Positions 10,027-19,278 of a stretch of 64,000 nucleotides of DNA are shown piece after piece. The notes under the pieces were generated by a model that saw nothing but the letters and a program-made list of their open reading frames with translations, had not been told where the DNA came from and did not search any database. A program made the position numbers and the translations under genes. Position 1 is the stretch's first letter; each line of letters starts with the position of its first letter. This DNA is from Opitutales bacterium (lineage in GTDB: Bacteria; Verrucomicrobiota; Verrucomicrobiia; Opitutales; UBA9783), in NCBI GenBank assembly GCA_046881885.1, contig JBKSMP010000022.1, positions 4,255 through 68,254 on the forward strand, read 5' to 3'.

Positions 10027-11385
10027 TTACTGAAGTAAATTTAAAACCTTTTTTATAGTTTCTTCTTCTAAATCAGGACGTTTTTCTTTTATAAACCCTA
10101 ATAAATTCGATTTATCTATCCTTGCTTTTTGCACAATTTCAGCAGCAAGATCGTAGCCAATAAGCGGCACTAAAGCTGTTAGTTGCGCACATGAAGCCGT
10201 AAGATGTTCTTTAATTTTAGTGTAATTCGCTTGAAGACCTTCCAATACAAATTTTGTAAACAAATTAAGGGATTTAGCAAGCGTACGAATACTGTCTAAA
10301 ACCGCATAAATAAGCAGCATAGAGGTTGTATTAAGCTGAAACTGACCCCCGATAACTGCACAACGTCGAATACTATCGCAATGACTTTGGACATAAACAC
10401 AAGCTTGCAAAAGCGTTTCACAAACAACGGGATTAACTTTCCCAGGCATACAAGAAGATCCAGCGTGCGTTTTCTGTAAAATAAGCTCATTAAGACCTCC
10501 GGCCGGTCCTGAACCATACCAACGAATATCATTGGCTATTTTAATTAAACTCGTCGCTAACGTATCCAATAAACCTGCGAAAAACACATAATCGTCCCGT
10601 GAAGATTGCTGTTCAAAACGATTTTTCGAAGAAATGTAACTCTCTTGCAATTCTTGATTCAACACGTGTATAACTTGTGATCCGAAATCCGGATAACTAT
10701 TTAAACCATTGCCAACTGCAGTCCCTCCTATCGGCAATTCTAGAAAACGCCCTAAATTATGCTGAAGACTTTCTATATTTTTTTCTAATTGCCGACGATA
10801 GCCCGAAAAAATTTGTCCTAAAGTCATTGGAACCGCATCCATTGTATGCGTACGCCCTAAAATAGCAAGGTCACTCCACTCGTTTTCTTTTCCTTCTAAA
10901 ACCTTTTTACAAGCTTCTAATGCTGGCAAAAGACCTTGTTTTACGCATTCACGAATGGCTATGTTTAATGTCGTTGGAATAACATCGTTGGTCGATTGGC
11001 CATAATTACAGTCGTCATTGGGATGAATATCTGTAGCCTTATACTTCTTTGCAATCCCAGAAATAACCTCATTTAAATTCATATGGGTTGGCGTACATCC
11101 CCCAGATTGAAAAATCTCTAAAGGAAAGCTTTCAGCCCATTTACCTTGATAAATTTCCAGAGCTATCGCTTGTATTAGCTCCGCTTTCTCTTGAGAAATA
11201 CAGCTCAAAGAACCATTGGCTTTTGCACAAGCATACTTAACTAAGGCCATTATTCTTAGAAATTCTTGAGGAATTTTCGGCGCACCGATACTAGAACAGT
11301 TCATGGCTTGCTGAGTCACTTCTCCATACAAAACATCTTCCGTAGCTTCCTTCATAGCTTCATCCCACAAATTTCTCACATCCAT
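10027..11385 (-). CDS. aspartate ammonia-lyase / class II fumarate hydratase family lyase (AspA-like)
   Basis: Fumarate-lyase signature GSSCMPGKVNP. The downstream segment KVNPVV.E...GGQFQLN looks closer to AspA than to FumC. TNDV motif present. Confidence 0.85.
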   Translation of the reverse strand: MDVRNLWDEAMKEATEDVLYGEVTQQAMNCSSIGAPKIPQEFLRIMALVKYACAKANGSLSCISQEKAELIQAIALEIYQGKWAESFPLEIFQSGGCTPTHMNLNEVISGIAKKYKATDIHPNDDCNYGQSTNDVIPTTLNIAIRECVKQGLLPALEACKKVLEGKENEWSDLAILGRTHTMDAVPMTLGQIFSGYRRQLEKNIESLQHNLGRFLELPIGGTAVGNGLNSYPDFGSQVIHVLNQELQESYISSKNRFEQQSSRDDYVFFAGLLDTLATSLIKIANDIRWYGSGPAGGLNELILQKTHAGSSCMPGKVNPVVCETLLQACVYVQSHCDSIRRCAVIGGQFQLNTTSMLLIYAVLDSIRTLAKSLNLFTKFVLEGLQANYTKIKEHLTASCAQLTALVPLIGYDLAAEIVQKARIDKSNLLGFIKEKRPDLEEETIKKVLNLLQ

Positions 11386-11542
11386 AACAAAAATCTACGC
11401 CAAAAGCATTCTTTTTTCAAGAAAAATATGGTTTTTTCGATCCTATAGGTATTCCAAAAATCCGATAGTATTCTAATCCATCCCTTTTTATATATTTTAT
11501 CTCGCCAAAACCATAAAAACTGTTTTATAAACTAGGCACAAT

Positions 11543-12355
11543 ATGCAACAGGTCTGTTTGTTTTGGGTGTTTTTTTGTTTTATTTTTGGGCTTATATCGC
11601 TCATTCGATATTTGCTGAGAAAAGAAAACACGTCCTTATGTTTATGTCCACTTGATATAAGTGGTTGTAAAGTTCTTTTTTCGTTTCTTTGTTTCTTAGC
11701 GTTTCCATTTTTTATCCAACAAATAGGAGGTTTGCTTTTTAGAAAAGTAACAACAATTTCGCACTTAGATTTAAGTTTGTTTTTAGCTTTTGTCAGCGAA
11801 ATTGCCTTAGGTGTTTTTCTCTATTTTTTACTTAAAAAGAATCCATTAATCCGTGAAAATTTATGTCCCCATTTTTACAAAAATAATTGGTTTAAATGGG
11901 CTTGGATAGGGTATTGCGAAAGTCTTCCTTTGTTGTTTTTAGTAACTGTTTTTTGGTATTATGGAATGCTCTTAATGGTTTATTATGGCTTGCCTATTGT
12001 TATAGAAACGCAACCTATTATTCGCTTATTGACCGAGAACGAAACTTTATTTCTTACAAAAGTATTTATGGGGATAAGTATCATCGTTCTTGCACCTATT
12101 TGTGAAGAATTGTTTTTTAGAGGTATACTTTTGCGCTTTCTAAATGCACACATGTCTCTACGGAAAGCGTTATGGGTAAGTGCGTTTGTTTTTGCGGCAA
12201 GCCATCAACATTTTGCTTCGTTTTTACCTCTGCTTTTTTTGGGGTATTGGTTGGGGTATTATTACATAAAAACAGGAGATTTACGGACAAACATTGGCCT
12301 ACATGCCCTTTTTAATGGTACTAATTTTATACTTATTTTTGTAGCAAAATTATGA
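11543..12355 (+). CDS. CPBP family intramembrane glutamic endopeptidase (CAAX protease-like)
   Basis: Polytopic protein with the EELFFRG motif and a downstream FAASHQH motif. Confidence 0.85.
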   Translation: MQQVCLFWVFFCFIFGLISLIRYLLRKENTSLCLCPLDISGCKVLFSFLCFLAFPFFIQQIGGLLFRKVTTISHLDLSLFLAFVSEIALGVFLYFLLKKNPLIRENLCPHFYKNNWFKWAWIGYCESLPLLFLVTVFWYYGMLLMVYYGLPIVIETQPIIRLLTENETLFLTKVFMGISIIVLAPICEELFFRGILLRFLNAHMSLRKALWVSAFVFAASHQHFASFLPLLFLGYWLGYYYIKTGDLRTNIGLHALFNGTNFILIFVAKL

Positions 12356-12771
12356 AAGATATCCCTTTAGATTATATAGCAAAAACCGAAACCGATTTTT
12401 TAAATTACGCCCAAGAATTTGCTAAGCAATGTCCAAGGGAGTACTCGATAGCATTGCATGGGACATTAGGAGCCGGTAAAACGACCTTTACACGTGGGTT
12501 AGGGAAAGCTTGGCATATTGACACCGTGAAAAGTCCATCTTTTAGTATTTTGGATGTACATAGGGGTGATCGAACACTTATTCATATTGATGCTTATCGG
12601 CTAAAACCGGATATAAAAAATCCATTTGATTGGGATGATCTTTGTGTCCCACCGTTTTGCATTGTTGTTGAATGGCCAGAATGCTTAAATCTTCCTATTG
12701 GTTTTGATGCCCATATTACGCTCGAAATTTTGCCTGAAAATTTCCGTAGAATTCACGTTGTATTCTCCTGA
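12352..12771 (+). CDS. tsaE: tRNA t6A37 biosynthesis ATPase TsaE
   Basis: GTLGAGKTTFTRG P-loop, SPSFSI, and HIDAYRL. ATGA overlap with the upstream gene. Confidence 0.9.
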   Translation: MKDIPLDYIAKTETDFLNYAQEFAKQCPREYSIALHGTLGAGKTTFTRGLGKAWHIDTVKSPSFSILDVHRGDRTLIHIDAYRLKPDIKNPFDWDDLCVPPFCIVVEWPECLNLPIGFDAHITLEILPENFRRIHVVFS

Positions 12772-12861
12772 AATTTACAATGTTTTAATTAAGCGATTAC
12801 AAAACCATCAAGAAGAAATTGTTTGTTAAAAATCCTTTCTTGAGGTTAAATTAAGTGATCC

Positions 12862-15498
12862 TTAAGATCTGATAATATGTTGATTCTTTTCATTAGGCAA
12901 AAGCATTTGAATTGTAGCTTCATTGCCATCGGAGGAAATTTCTAATTTCCCATGCCAAGTTTTAACAACCTCTTGAAGCTCTTGAAAGCCTATGCCAAAT
13001 TGTAATTCATCGCTCAATCTTTGATTTTGGTTCAAGACTCTAAAAAGTTTTTTGGTGGAAAAGCTACCTAAATCATTTTTGAATAAGATTTGCTTGTTAC
13101 CGAATTGATCTTGGCCAACAGATATAACAACTGTATTGCTGGCTTCCGGCAAAGCCTCCATACAAATGCCGATCAAATTATTCAGGGTTCTCCGTAACAA
13201 TTGACCATCTACGCGAGCAAATACATTTTCTTTTGCTTGCATTTGAATCGTTATGGTTTTGTACAAAATTTTATTTTTTTCAATACAACTGAGGATAGCT
13301 TGATTGATACTTTCTAGCGTTAGTTGGTCATAACCTTTTAGGCTTCCAGGGATAAAAGCGTCCAAACAGGCAGCCATTTCCTCAAGCGTACTGGTTACAA
13401 GTTTACATTCTTTTTCATCCAATTTATTGGGACTCTTATCAGCAAGCAGCAGGCGCAAAACCATTAACGGCGTAATGATGTCATGCGATAAACTACGCGC
13501 AATATTGTAACGCTCTAAATAAATAGCTAATTCTTTTTCTTTTTGTAGTGTATTTAGATTGGAACGTAGCAAAAATAGAACAGCAAGGTAACCTAATATA
13601 TAGAACGTATGTTGCCAGCTAAAGGTTTCTGGCCAACAAAACGTACAATTCGCTTTCGTGTAAATAACGGTTGTTATCAATGCGGTTACTAAACAGGCGA
13701 AAATGATTTTACCTTCATGTTGCTTTTCAACGCTCAACAACATGACTACGAAAGACAATAATAAGGTTATTATATTTAGGCCATTTTCAGCGGACGTCAA
13801 AAAGAGATAGGCGGAGGTAACCGGCAAACAGAAGAATAATGTTGTTAATTTCAACCATTTTAAGCGATTCTGTTTTGCAAATATTTCTAAAGAATTTCCA
13901 AAAATAAGCAATATTGCCATAGTAGCATTGATGAGTATTAACAAAAGCTTTGAGTAGGTCAAACTTTTGGGCTCAAGTACTAAAGGCATGAGTTGCAAAA
14001 ATACAAGACAAAAACCTAAGAATGCATTATTGTTTCCTTGTATTTCTTGAAGGCTTGGACGTTTTTTAGTCCGCTTTTCTTCAACAAAACGCAAATGTTC
14101 CAATTCTTTTTTTGTAAAAATCTTTTGTCTTCCCGTACGAAAATAAGAGAATAAAAATAGTATTACATTGGTGAAAAAACCAGGAAACACACCGTCTATT
14201 TTAACGATAGGCTTTGCATAAGTATCCCATAATATAAAGGTAAGAAATCCAATTATTGCATTAAAAAGGAAGTGTTTGAAGGGAATCTTCATGTTAAAAA
14301 GAAGGAAATATAATGGTGCCAATATCGTAGGGAACCAAAATCCTTCCACCAAAACCGCTAAATCAAATAAGCCAATGCGTAAACTTGCAAAAATGATGGC
14401 TCCGGAGCCTATGAATAAAGCAAATCGACGAGCCCACTTAAGTTTTTCTGCATCTGAAAATTCTCTATTCTTACGTTTATTGTAGGGTATCATAACATCG
14501 TTGACTAACATGATACTTCCAATATTTAAGTAGGAATCTGCTGTAGACATTAAAACTGCCAAAATACCAATAACTGCTATGCCAAAAACACCTGCAGGTA
14601 AGTAACCTGTAATCAATGTGAGTAATGCTTCATCACCATGTTCTAACACAGGCAACAAAACTCTTGCAGCCAAACCCAAAAATATTGCTACAACTGCTAA
14701 GAATAGGCAGATGAATGTCGTGTTTCGATAAGCTTTTACTGCTTGGTTACCATTTCGCATCATAAGTAAGCGTTGGATATGATGAGGTGCAAGTGTTGGC
14801 AGTATAAACAAGGTTAAGAATAAATATCGAGGAAGATGCTCATTTGCAAATGTCATATGAGATTTTGGCAAACGCTCCATTAAGGTGTTCAAGCCGCCAA
14901 TATCTCCAACAACTGAAATTAAAAGAATAGGGAAGGCAACAATTAAAACGATTAATTGTAAAACATCCGTAAACGTTACTGCGCGTATTCCTCCACGTCC
15001 CGTATAAATAAGGATGATGCCGGCAGAAATTAATAAACTTTTTATGTATGAAAGTCCGGTTAATACACTGATAGCTGTTCCCATTGCAGTAAACTGTAAG
15101 CTTACTAAAAGTATTTCATAAAAACTACCTGCAATTCCTGCCAAAACTTTTCCAGATGTTCCATAAGATTTGTAAAAAACGTCACCGATAGAATGACAAC
15201 CGTAATAATTGCTAAAACGACGGGCAAAAAATAGTCCCACCACTAAATAGGCTAGTACCCCTCCGATTTTTCCTACAAATTGTATGATGCCTACTTCATA
15301 TGCTTTTCCGACTGCACCCATGGTTGAGCTACCACCAATAACGGTCGCTGCTACGGTACAGCAAATGGCAAAATCGGAAAACTTACGATTGCCAATTGTG
15401 TAATTGTCGAAGGTTTTAATTTTTTTTCCAGATACTAATCCTATATATAAAACCGCAACTAAAAACACAATAATGATTGAAACATCTAAAATATGCAT
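12862..15498 (-). CDS. sodium:solute symporter (SSS) family domain fused to a histidine-kinase-like C-terminus, paralog 1
   Basis: Residues 1-455 form an SSS-type polytopic domain (IGNRKFS..., YTGRGGIRAVTFTDV). A second TM block covers about residues 490-645. An H-box follows (RSLSHDIITPL, His672 at nt 13483-13485), then an HATPase-like end (LRRTLNNLIGICMEA ... KNDLGSF ... FGIGF). Confidence 0.8.
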   Translation of the reverse strand: MHILDVSIIIVFLVAVLYIGLVSGKKIKTFDNYTIGNRKFSDFAICCTVAATVIGGSSTMGAVGKAYEVGIIQFVGKIGGVLAYLVVGLFFARRFSNYYGCHSIGDVFYKSYGTSGKVLAGIAGSFYEILLVSLQFTAMGTAISVLTGLSYIKSLLISAGIILIYTGRGGIRAVTFTDVLQLIVLIVAFPILLISVVGDIGGLNTLMERLPKSHMTFANEHLPRYLFLTLFILPTLAPHHIQRLLMMRNGNQAVKAYRNTTFICLFLAVVAIFLGLAARVLLPVLEHGDEALLTLITGYLPAGVFGIAVIGILAVLMSTADSYLNIGSIMLVNDVMIPYNKRKNREFSDAEKLKWARRFALFIGSGAIIFASLRIGLFDLAVLVEGFWFPTILAPLYFLLFNMKIPFKHFLFNAIIGFLTFILWDTYAKPIVKIDGVFPGFFTNVILFLFSYFRTGRQKIFTKKELEHLRFVEEKRTKKRPSLQEIQGNNNAFLGFCLVFLQLMPLVLEPKSLTYSKLLLILINATMAILLIFGNSLEIFAKQNRLKWLKLTTLFFCLPVTSAYLFLTSAENGLNIITLLLSFVVMLLSVEKQHEGKIIFACLVTALITTVIYTKANCTFCWPETFSWQHTFYILGYLAVLFLLRSNLNTLQKEKELAIYLERYNIARSLSHDIITPLMVLRLLLADKSPNKLDEKECKLVTSTLEEMAACLDAFIPGSLKGYDQLTLESINQAILSCIEKNKILYKTITIQMQAKENVFARVDGQLLRRTLNNLIGICMEALPEASNTVVISVGQDQFGNKQILFKNDLGSFSTKKLFRVLNQNQRLSDELQFGIGFQELQEVVKTWHGKLEISSDGNEATIQMLLPNEKNQHIIRS

Positions 15499-15815
15499 GG
15501 CTTATAATTAGTAACGAATTTTTTAGAAGTCAAATGTTTTTAAGCTTTATTTTTCTTGGGTGCATTATTGCTGGTTTTTTGTTAAAACTATGCATTCTTT
15601 GATAGGGTGTTGCGCTTCTAAGTAAACATTAAAAAGGCAAGGATTGAAATTTTCATAAAAATTTTACAAAAAAGAATAAAAAATATTGTAGGATTTTAAG
15701 AAAAGAATCATGAACGATTTATTGAACCAGTAAACGAATTGCGAGAGAAAGGTTTTTAGAAAAATTTTTAAAAAAAGTATTGCAATTGTATTAGGAGTAT
15801 TGCCATTCTAAAGTC

Positions 15816-17522
15816 ATGCAAGAGTTTGCCGAAAGGTACATGGGGATTAGCGTTAATGGAGGAAAAATTTTAGGAGAGGTCTTTTGTTATCAAAAAGATT
15901 CCTTAGGTGTTCCTCGTTATAAAATTTCCCAAGAAAGCGTAGATGCCGAATGGAAACGTTATCAATCTGCGTTAGACTTGACCAAGGTACAACTATTAGA
16001 ATATAAAAAAAATATAGAAGAAAAGTTAGGAGAAAACGAAGCCGAAGTTTTTGAAATACAATTGGCTTTGTTGGAGGATGATTATTTGTCAAAGGCTTTA
16101 TACAAAGAGTTGCAAACAACGCTTTACAATGTAGAATTTTGTTTAAAAAATGTTATTGAGGCCTGTATGCAACAATTTAAGGGACATGCAATGTTGCATG
16201 TTCGTGAAAGTTGTTTAGACTTTAATGATGTAACTTCACGTATTCTGAAAAATTTGCTTTCTATTTCTCCGGTAGCTCCGTTAAAAGTAAATTTGCAAGG
16301 TAAGATTATTGTTGCAGACAATCTTGAGCCTTCAGATGTTGTAGATTTGGCCGACAAAGGAATTGCGGCTATTGTTTTGGCGGATGCTTGCTTGAATTCG
16401 CATGCAATCATTGTAGCGCGCGGTTTAAATATTCCTATTGTTGCTGGGGTGGAGGCTGTTCATTTAAAAGTTGCTTCAAATGATGTTTTGCTGGTCGATG
16501 GTTCTGAGGGTAAAATTTTTGTAAATCCTTCAAAAGCTTTTTCAGATCATTATTTAACTAAAACGGAAAACAAAAAGAAGCTAGCGATAGCGAAAAAAAG
16601 TGTTTTAGATGTAGATTTTTGGCTTTCTTATGATTCGAATTTAACAAAAGAATTCATGGATTCAAATCAGGTAAAGGGGATCGGTTTGTTGCGATCGGAA
16701 TCCATTTTTCTTGCAAAGGATGAATTACCTAAAGAAGAAGAGCAGTTTTTGTTTTATAAGTCTGTTGTTGAAAAGTTTGCTCCCTATCCAGTTGTTTTAC
16801 GCGTGTTAGATGTGGGTGGTGACAAAATCGCAAAAGGTTCTGTTCAAAGGGAACCAAATCCTTTTTTAGGGGTTCGCGGTATAAGATATTGTTTGCATAA
16901 TAGTGGACTTTTTAAGCATCAATTACGTGCGATGTTGCGTGCAAGTGCGTTTGGAAAGGTCCAGATTTTGTATCCGATGATTACGGGTTCGGAAGATTTA
17001 TTGCAGGCGAATGCCTTATTGGAAGAATGTAAGTCGGAATTAAGGGATGAGAAAATTGCTTACGACGATTCTATTCCTATAGGTTCTATGATTGAGATTC
17101 CAAGTGCGGTTTTGTTAATGGATCATTTAAGTAATTTTTGTCAGTTTTTTAGCTTAGGAACGAATGATTTGGTGCAATATACTTTGGCGGCTGATCGTAC
17201 AAATAATTTAGTGGCTAAACGTTATGGGGACTTGCATCCTTCGATTTTAAGAATGTTAAAAATGGTTTTTGAAAATGCGCAAACGATACATACGCCCATT
17301 ACGGTTTGCGGTGAGATGGCAAGTTCTGTTAAAGGTTTTTTGGTTGGCTTAGCGCTTGGTTTTCGTTCTTTTTGTGTTTATGATAAACAAGTAGACTGCT
17401 TAAAGTCTATTTTGTATAATTTGAGTAAAGAAGATTTGGCTTTTATTGCCGATAAAATGTGGAGTTTCAGCAACTCGCAAGAAATTTCTCGTTTTTTTGA
17501 AAAATTTTTGAACAAAATTTGA
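15816..17522 (+). CDS. ptsI: phosphoenolpyruvate-protein phosphotransferase (PTS enzyme I)
   Basis: Phospho-His region NSHAIIVARGLNIPIVAG, plus GIGLLRSE, LGTNDLVQYTLAADR and CGEMA. Confidence 0.9.
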   Translation: MQEFAERYMGISVNGGKILGEVFCYQKDSLGVPRYKISQESVDAEWKRYQSALDLTKVQLLEYKKNIEEKLGENEAEVFEIQLALLEDDYLSKALYKELQTTLYNVEFCLKNVIEACMQQFKGHAMLHVRESCLDFNDVTSRILKNLLSISPVAPLKVNLQGKIIVADNLEPSDVVDLADKGIAAIVLADACLNSHAIIVARGLNIPIVAGVEAVHLKVASNDVLLVDGSEGKIFVNPSKAFSDHYLTKTENKKKLAIAKKSVLDVDFWLSYDSNLTKEFMDSNQVKGIGLLRSESIFLAKDELPKEEEQFLFYKSVVEKFAPYPVVLRVLDVGGDKIAKGSVQREPNPFLGVRGIRYCLHNSGLFKHQLRAMLRASAFGKVQILYPMITGSEDLLQANALLEECKSELRDEKIAYDDSIPIGSMIEIPSAVLLMDHLSNFCQFFSLGTNDLVQYTLAADRTNNLVAKRYGDLHPSILRMLKMVFENAQTIHTPITVCGEMASSVKGFLVGLALGFRSFCVYDKQVDCLKSILYNLSKEDLAFIADKMWSFSNSQEISRFFEKFLNKI

Positions 17523-17542
17523 AAGCCTTAGTCTAAAAAGGC

Positions 17543-17571
17543 TTGACAAAATTTCTGTAATTTTTTCTAAT
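17543..17571 (+). promoter_or_regulatory. sigma70-like promoter for the OMP gene
   Basis: TTGACA (17543-17548), a 17-nt spacer, then TCTAAT (17566-17571), about 50 nt upstream of ATG 17620. A 7-bp hairpin (17523-17544) directly after the ptsI stop overlaps the -35 element. Confidence 0.45.
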
Positions 17572-17619
17572 AATTTATGTTAGCTAATTTTGGCTAGCAA
17601 AATAGAAAGATAAAATAAA

Positions 17620-18210
17620 ATGAATAAAAAAGTATTATTAGGTGGCTTCAGCTTAGTTGCTGGTAGCTTGTTCGCAGCAGAAAATGCAGTTTCTTCCTTC
17701 AACCCATATGTTGCAGTTAAAGGTGGATACTCGATCTTGACCAAAAAAGATAGCATCAAGTACAAAAATGGTTTCAATGGTGCTGTTGAATTTGGTGTTT
17801 CTTATGACGCATGGCGCTTAGGTTTGGAAGTTTCTTATCGTCAAAACAAGATCAAGAACTCCACAAATGCTGCTGTTCCTGTTGCTACATACAATAAAGT
17901 TAATGCTTTGGCAGGTATGATCAACGTTTACTATGACTATGCTTTGACCGAAGAATGCTCCTTGTATGTTGGTGCCGGTTTGGGTATGGCCAAATTCAAC
18001 TTTGTTGCAGTAAACACCAAAATTGAAACTGGAAAGTGCGTTTTCGCATGGCAAGTATTGGCTGGTGTTGCTTATGACATCAACGAAAACTGGACTGTTG
18101 AAGCAGGTTATCGTTTGTTCGGAACCAGCAAAGTTAAGGTTAGCAACACTGCTAAAATCAAGACTCCTTTGCAAAACAGCTTAGAGCTTGGTTTGCGTTA
18201 CAACTTCTAA
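17620..18210 (+). CDS. small beta-barrel outer membrane protein (OmpA-barrel/opacity-porin-like)
   Basis: Signal peptide (MNKKVLLGGFSLVAGSLFAAE), alternating-hydrophobic strands rich in G/Y/A, and a C-terminal LGLRYNF ending in Phe. Confidence 0.75.
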   Translation: MNKKVLLGGFSLVAGSLFAAENAVSSFNPYVAVKGGYSILTKKDSIKYKNGFNGAVEFGVSYDAWRLGLEVSYRQNKIKNSTNAAVPVATYNKVNALAGMINVYYDYALTEECSLYVGAGLGMAKFNFVAVNTKIETGKCVFAWQVLAGVAYDINENWTVEAGYRLFGTSKVKVSNTAKIKTPLQNSLELGLRYNF

Positions 18211-18235
18211 TTGTTGTTACAAACTTTAGAAAAAA

Positions 18236-18258
18236 GCACACCTTCGGGTGTGTTTTTT
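18236..18258 (+). terminator. rho-independent terminator after the OMP gene
   Basis: Stem cacacc / ggtgtg with a ttcg loop, followed by T6. Confidence 0.85.
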
Positions 18259-18332
18259 GTTTTATGGAATTTTTGTGAAAAATAAGACTTGCTTTGTTTT
18301 ATATTTTGCTACACATTTAATTTAATAGTTTT

Positions 18333-18409
18333 GCCCTGTTCGTCTAGTTGGTCCAGGACATCGGGTTCTCATCTCGACAACAGGAGTTCGAATCTCCTAC
18401 AGGGTGCCA
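18333..18409 (+). tRNA. tRNA-Glu (anticodon CUC)
   Basis: Cloverleaf GCCCTGT-TC-GTCT...; anticodon arm TCGGG-TTCTCAT-CTCGA; T arm AGGAG-TTCGAAT-CTCCT; 3' end GCCA. Closely parallels E. coli tRNA-Glu. Confidence 0.9.
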
Positions 18410-18560
18410 TTTAGTGGTGAGATAAGATTTTTTGAGAGGTTTTTTATTTTTAGAAATTAAAAAAATTTTTCTTTTAACCTAGTAATTACTTTTTCTTCAA
18501 AAGGCTTGACGTTGTGAATGAAGTAGTCAAAGATTTCTAGAGTAACTTCTTTAAACTGAT

Positions 18561-18836
18561 ATGAAAAAAAATCGATTCATTGTTTTGGGAGCAGCTTTGT
18601 TTGCTCTGAGTGGTTTATCTTCAATTGCTGATTATGTTGCTCAAGACTTTATAAGTCCTCGCACGGGCAAATCAACTGTTTTCTGGGGAGATGCTTCTAA
18701 AGGTAAGGATGCTTATGTCTTGGAGTATGATGAAGCTACCGATCATTATTATTTCAAAAAAGTAGAAAAGAATTTTCCAACAAAACCAGCTGCTCATGCC
18801 AAAACGGCACAAAAAGCTGTAAGTGAAAATAAGTAA
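18561..18836 (+). CDS. small exported hypothetical protein
   Basis: Signal-peptide-like N-terminus MKKNRFIVLGAALFALSGLSSIA. No family recognised. Confidence 0.5.
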   Translation: MKKNRFIVLGAALFALSGLSSIADYVAQDFISPRTGKSTVFWGDASKGKDAYVLEYDEATDHYYFKKVEKNFPTKPAAHAKTAQKAVSENK

Positions 18837-18847
18837 GTTCGATCAAC

Positions 18848-19264
18848 ATGCTTGCGTGGTTTACAAAATTGGGTCGTTGGTTAGAAAAGGAGAACTTTGG
18901 TCTGCTTTTGATCCGGTTTTTCTTCGGAGTATGTTTGATTATTTATAGTATTGTTTGCTTTAGGGATGTTTTTCTCTTAAAGCATTTGGGACGTGCAGCT
19001 ACAACTCTGCACTTCCCATTTTCGGATATTTTCTGGGGGATTTTTACGGCATTTACCTTTATTTGGACAGGGTTATTTATCGTTTTGGGATTTTATTTTC
19101 GATTGGCAACAGTTGCCTTGTTTATAATCGGGTTAGTAGGCGCTTGGCCAGCCTTGTCATGGAAATTTTTATTTTTACCGCCGTATACACCTTTAAATTT
19201 TTTAATTATTTTGAGTTTGGCCTTTTCATTTATAGGCCCTGGAGCATTTAGTGTGAAAAAATAG
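18848..19264 (+). CDS. DoxX-like small membrane protein
   Basis: Four TM segments; LLLIRFFFG at the N-terminus and GLFIVLGFYFRLATVALFI resemble the DoxX pattern. Confidence 0.5.
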   Translation: MLAWFTKLGRWLEKENFGLLLIRFFFGVCLIIYSIVCFRDVFLLKHLGRAATTLHFPFSDIFWGIFTAFTFIWTGLFIVLGFYFRLATVALFIIGLVGAWPALSWKFLFLPPYTPLNFLIILSLAFSFIGPGAFSVKK

Positions 19265-19278
19265 AACAAAGGAATTTT

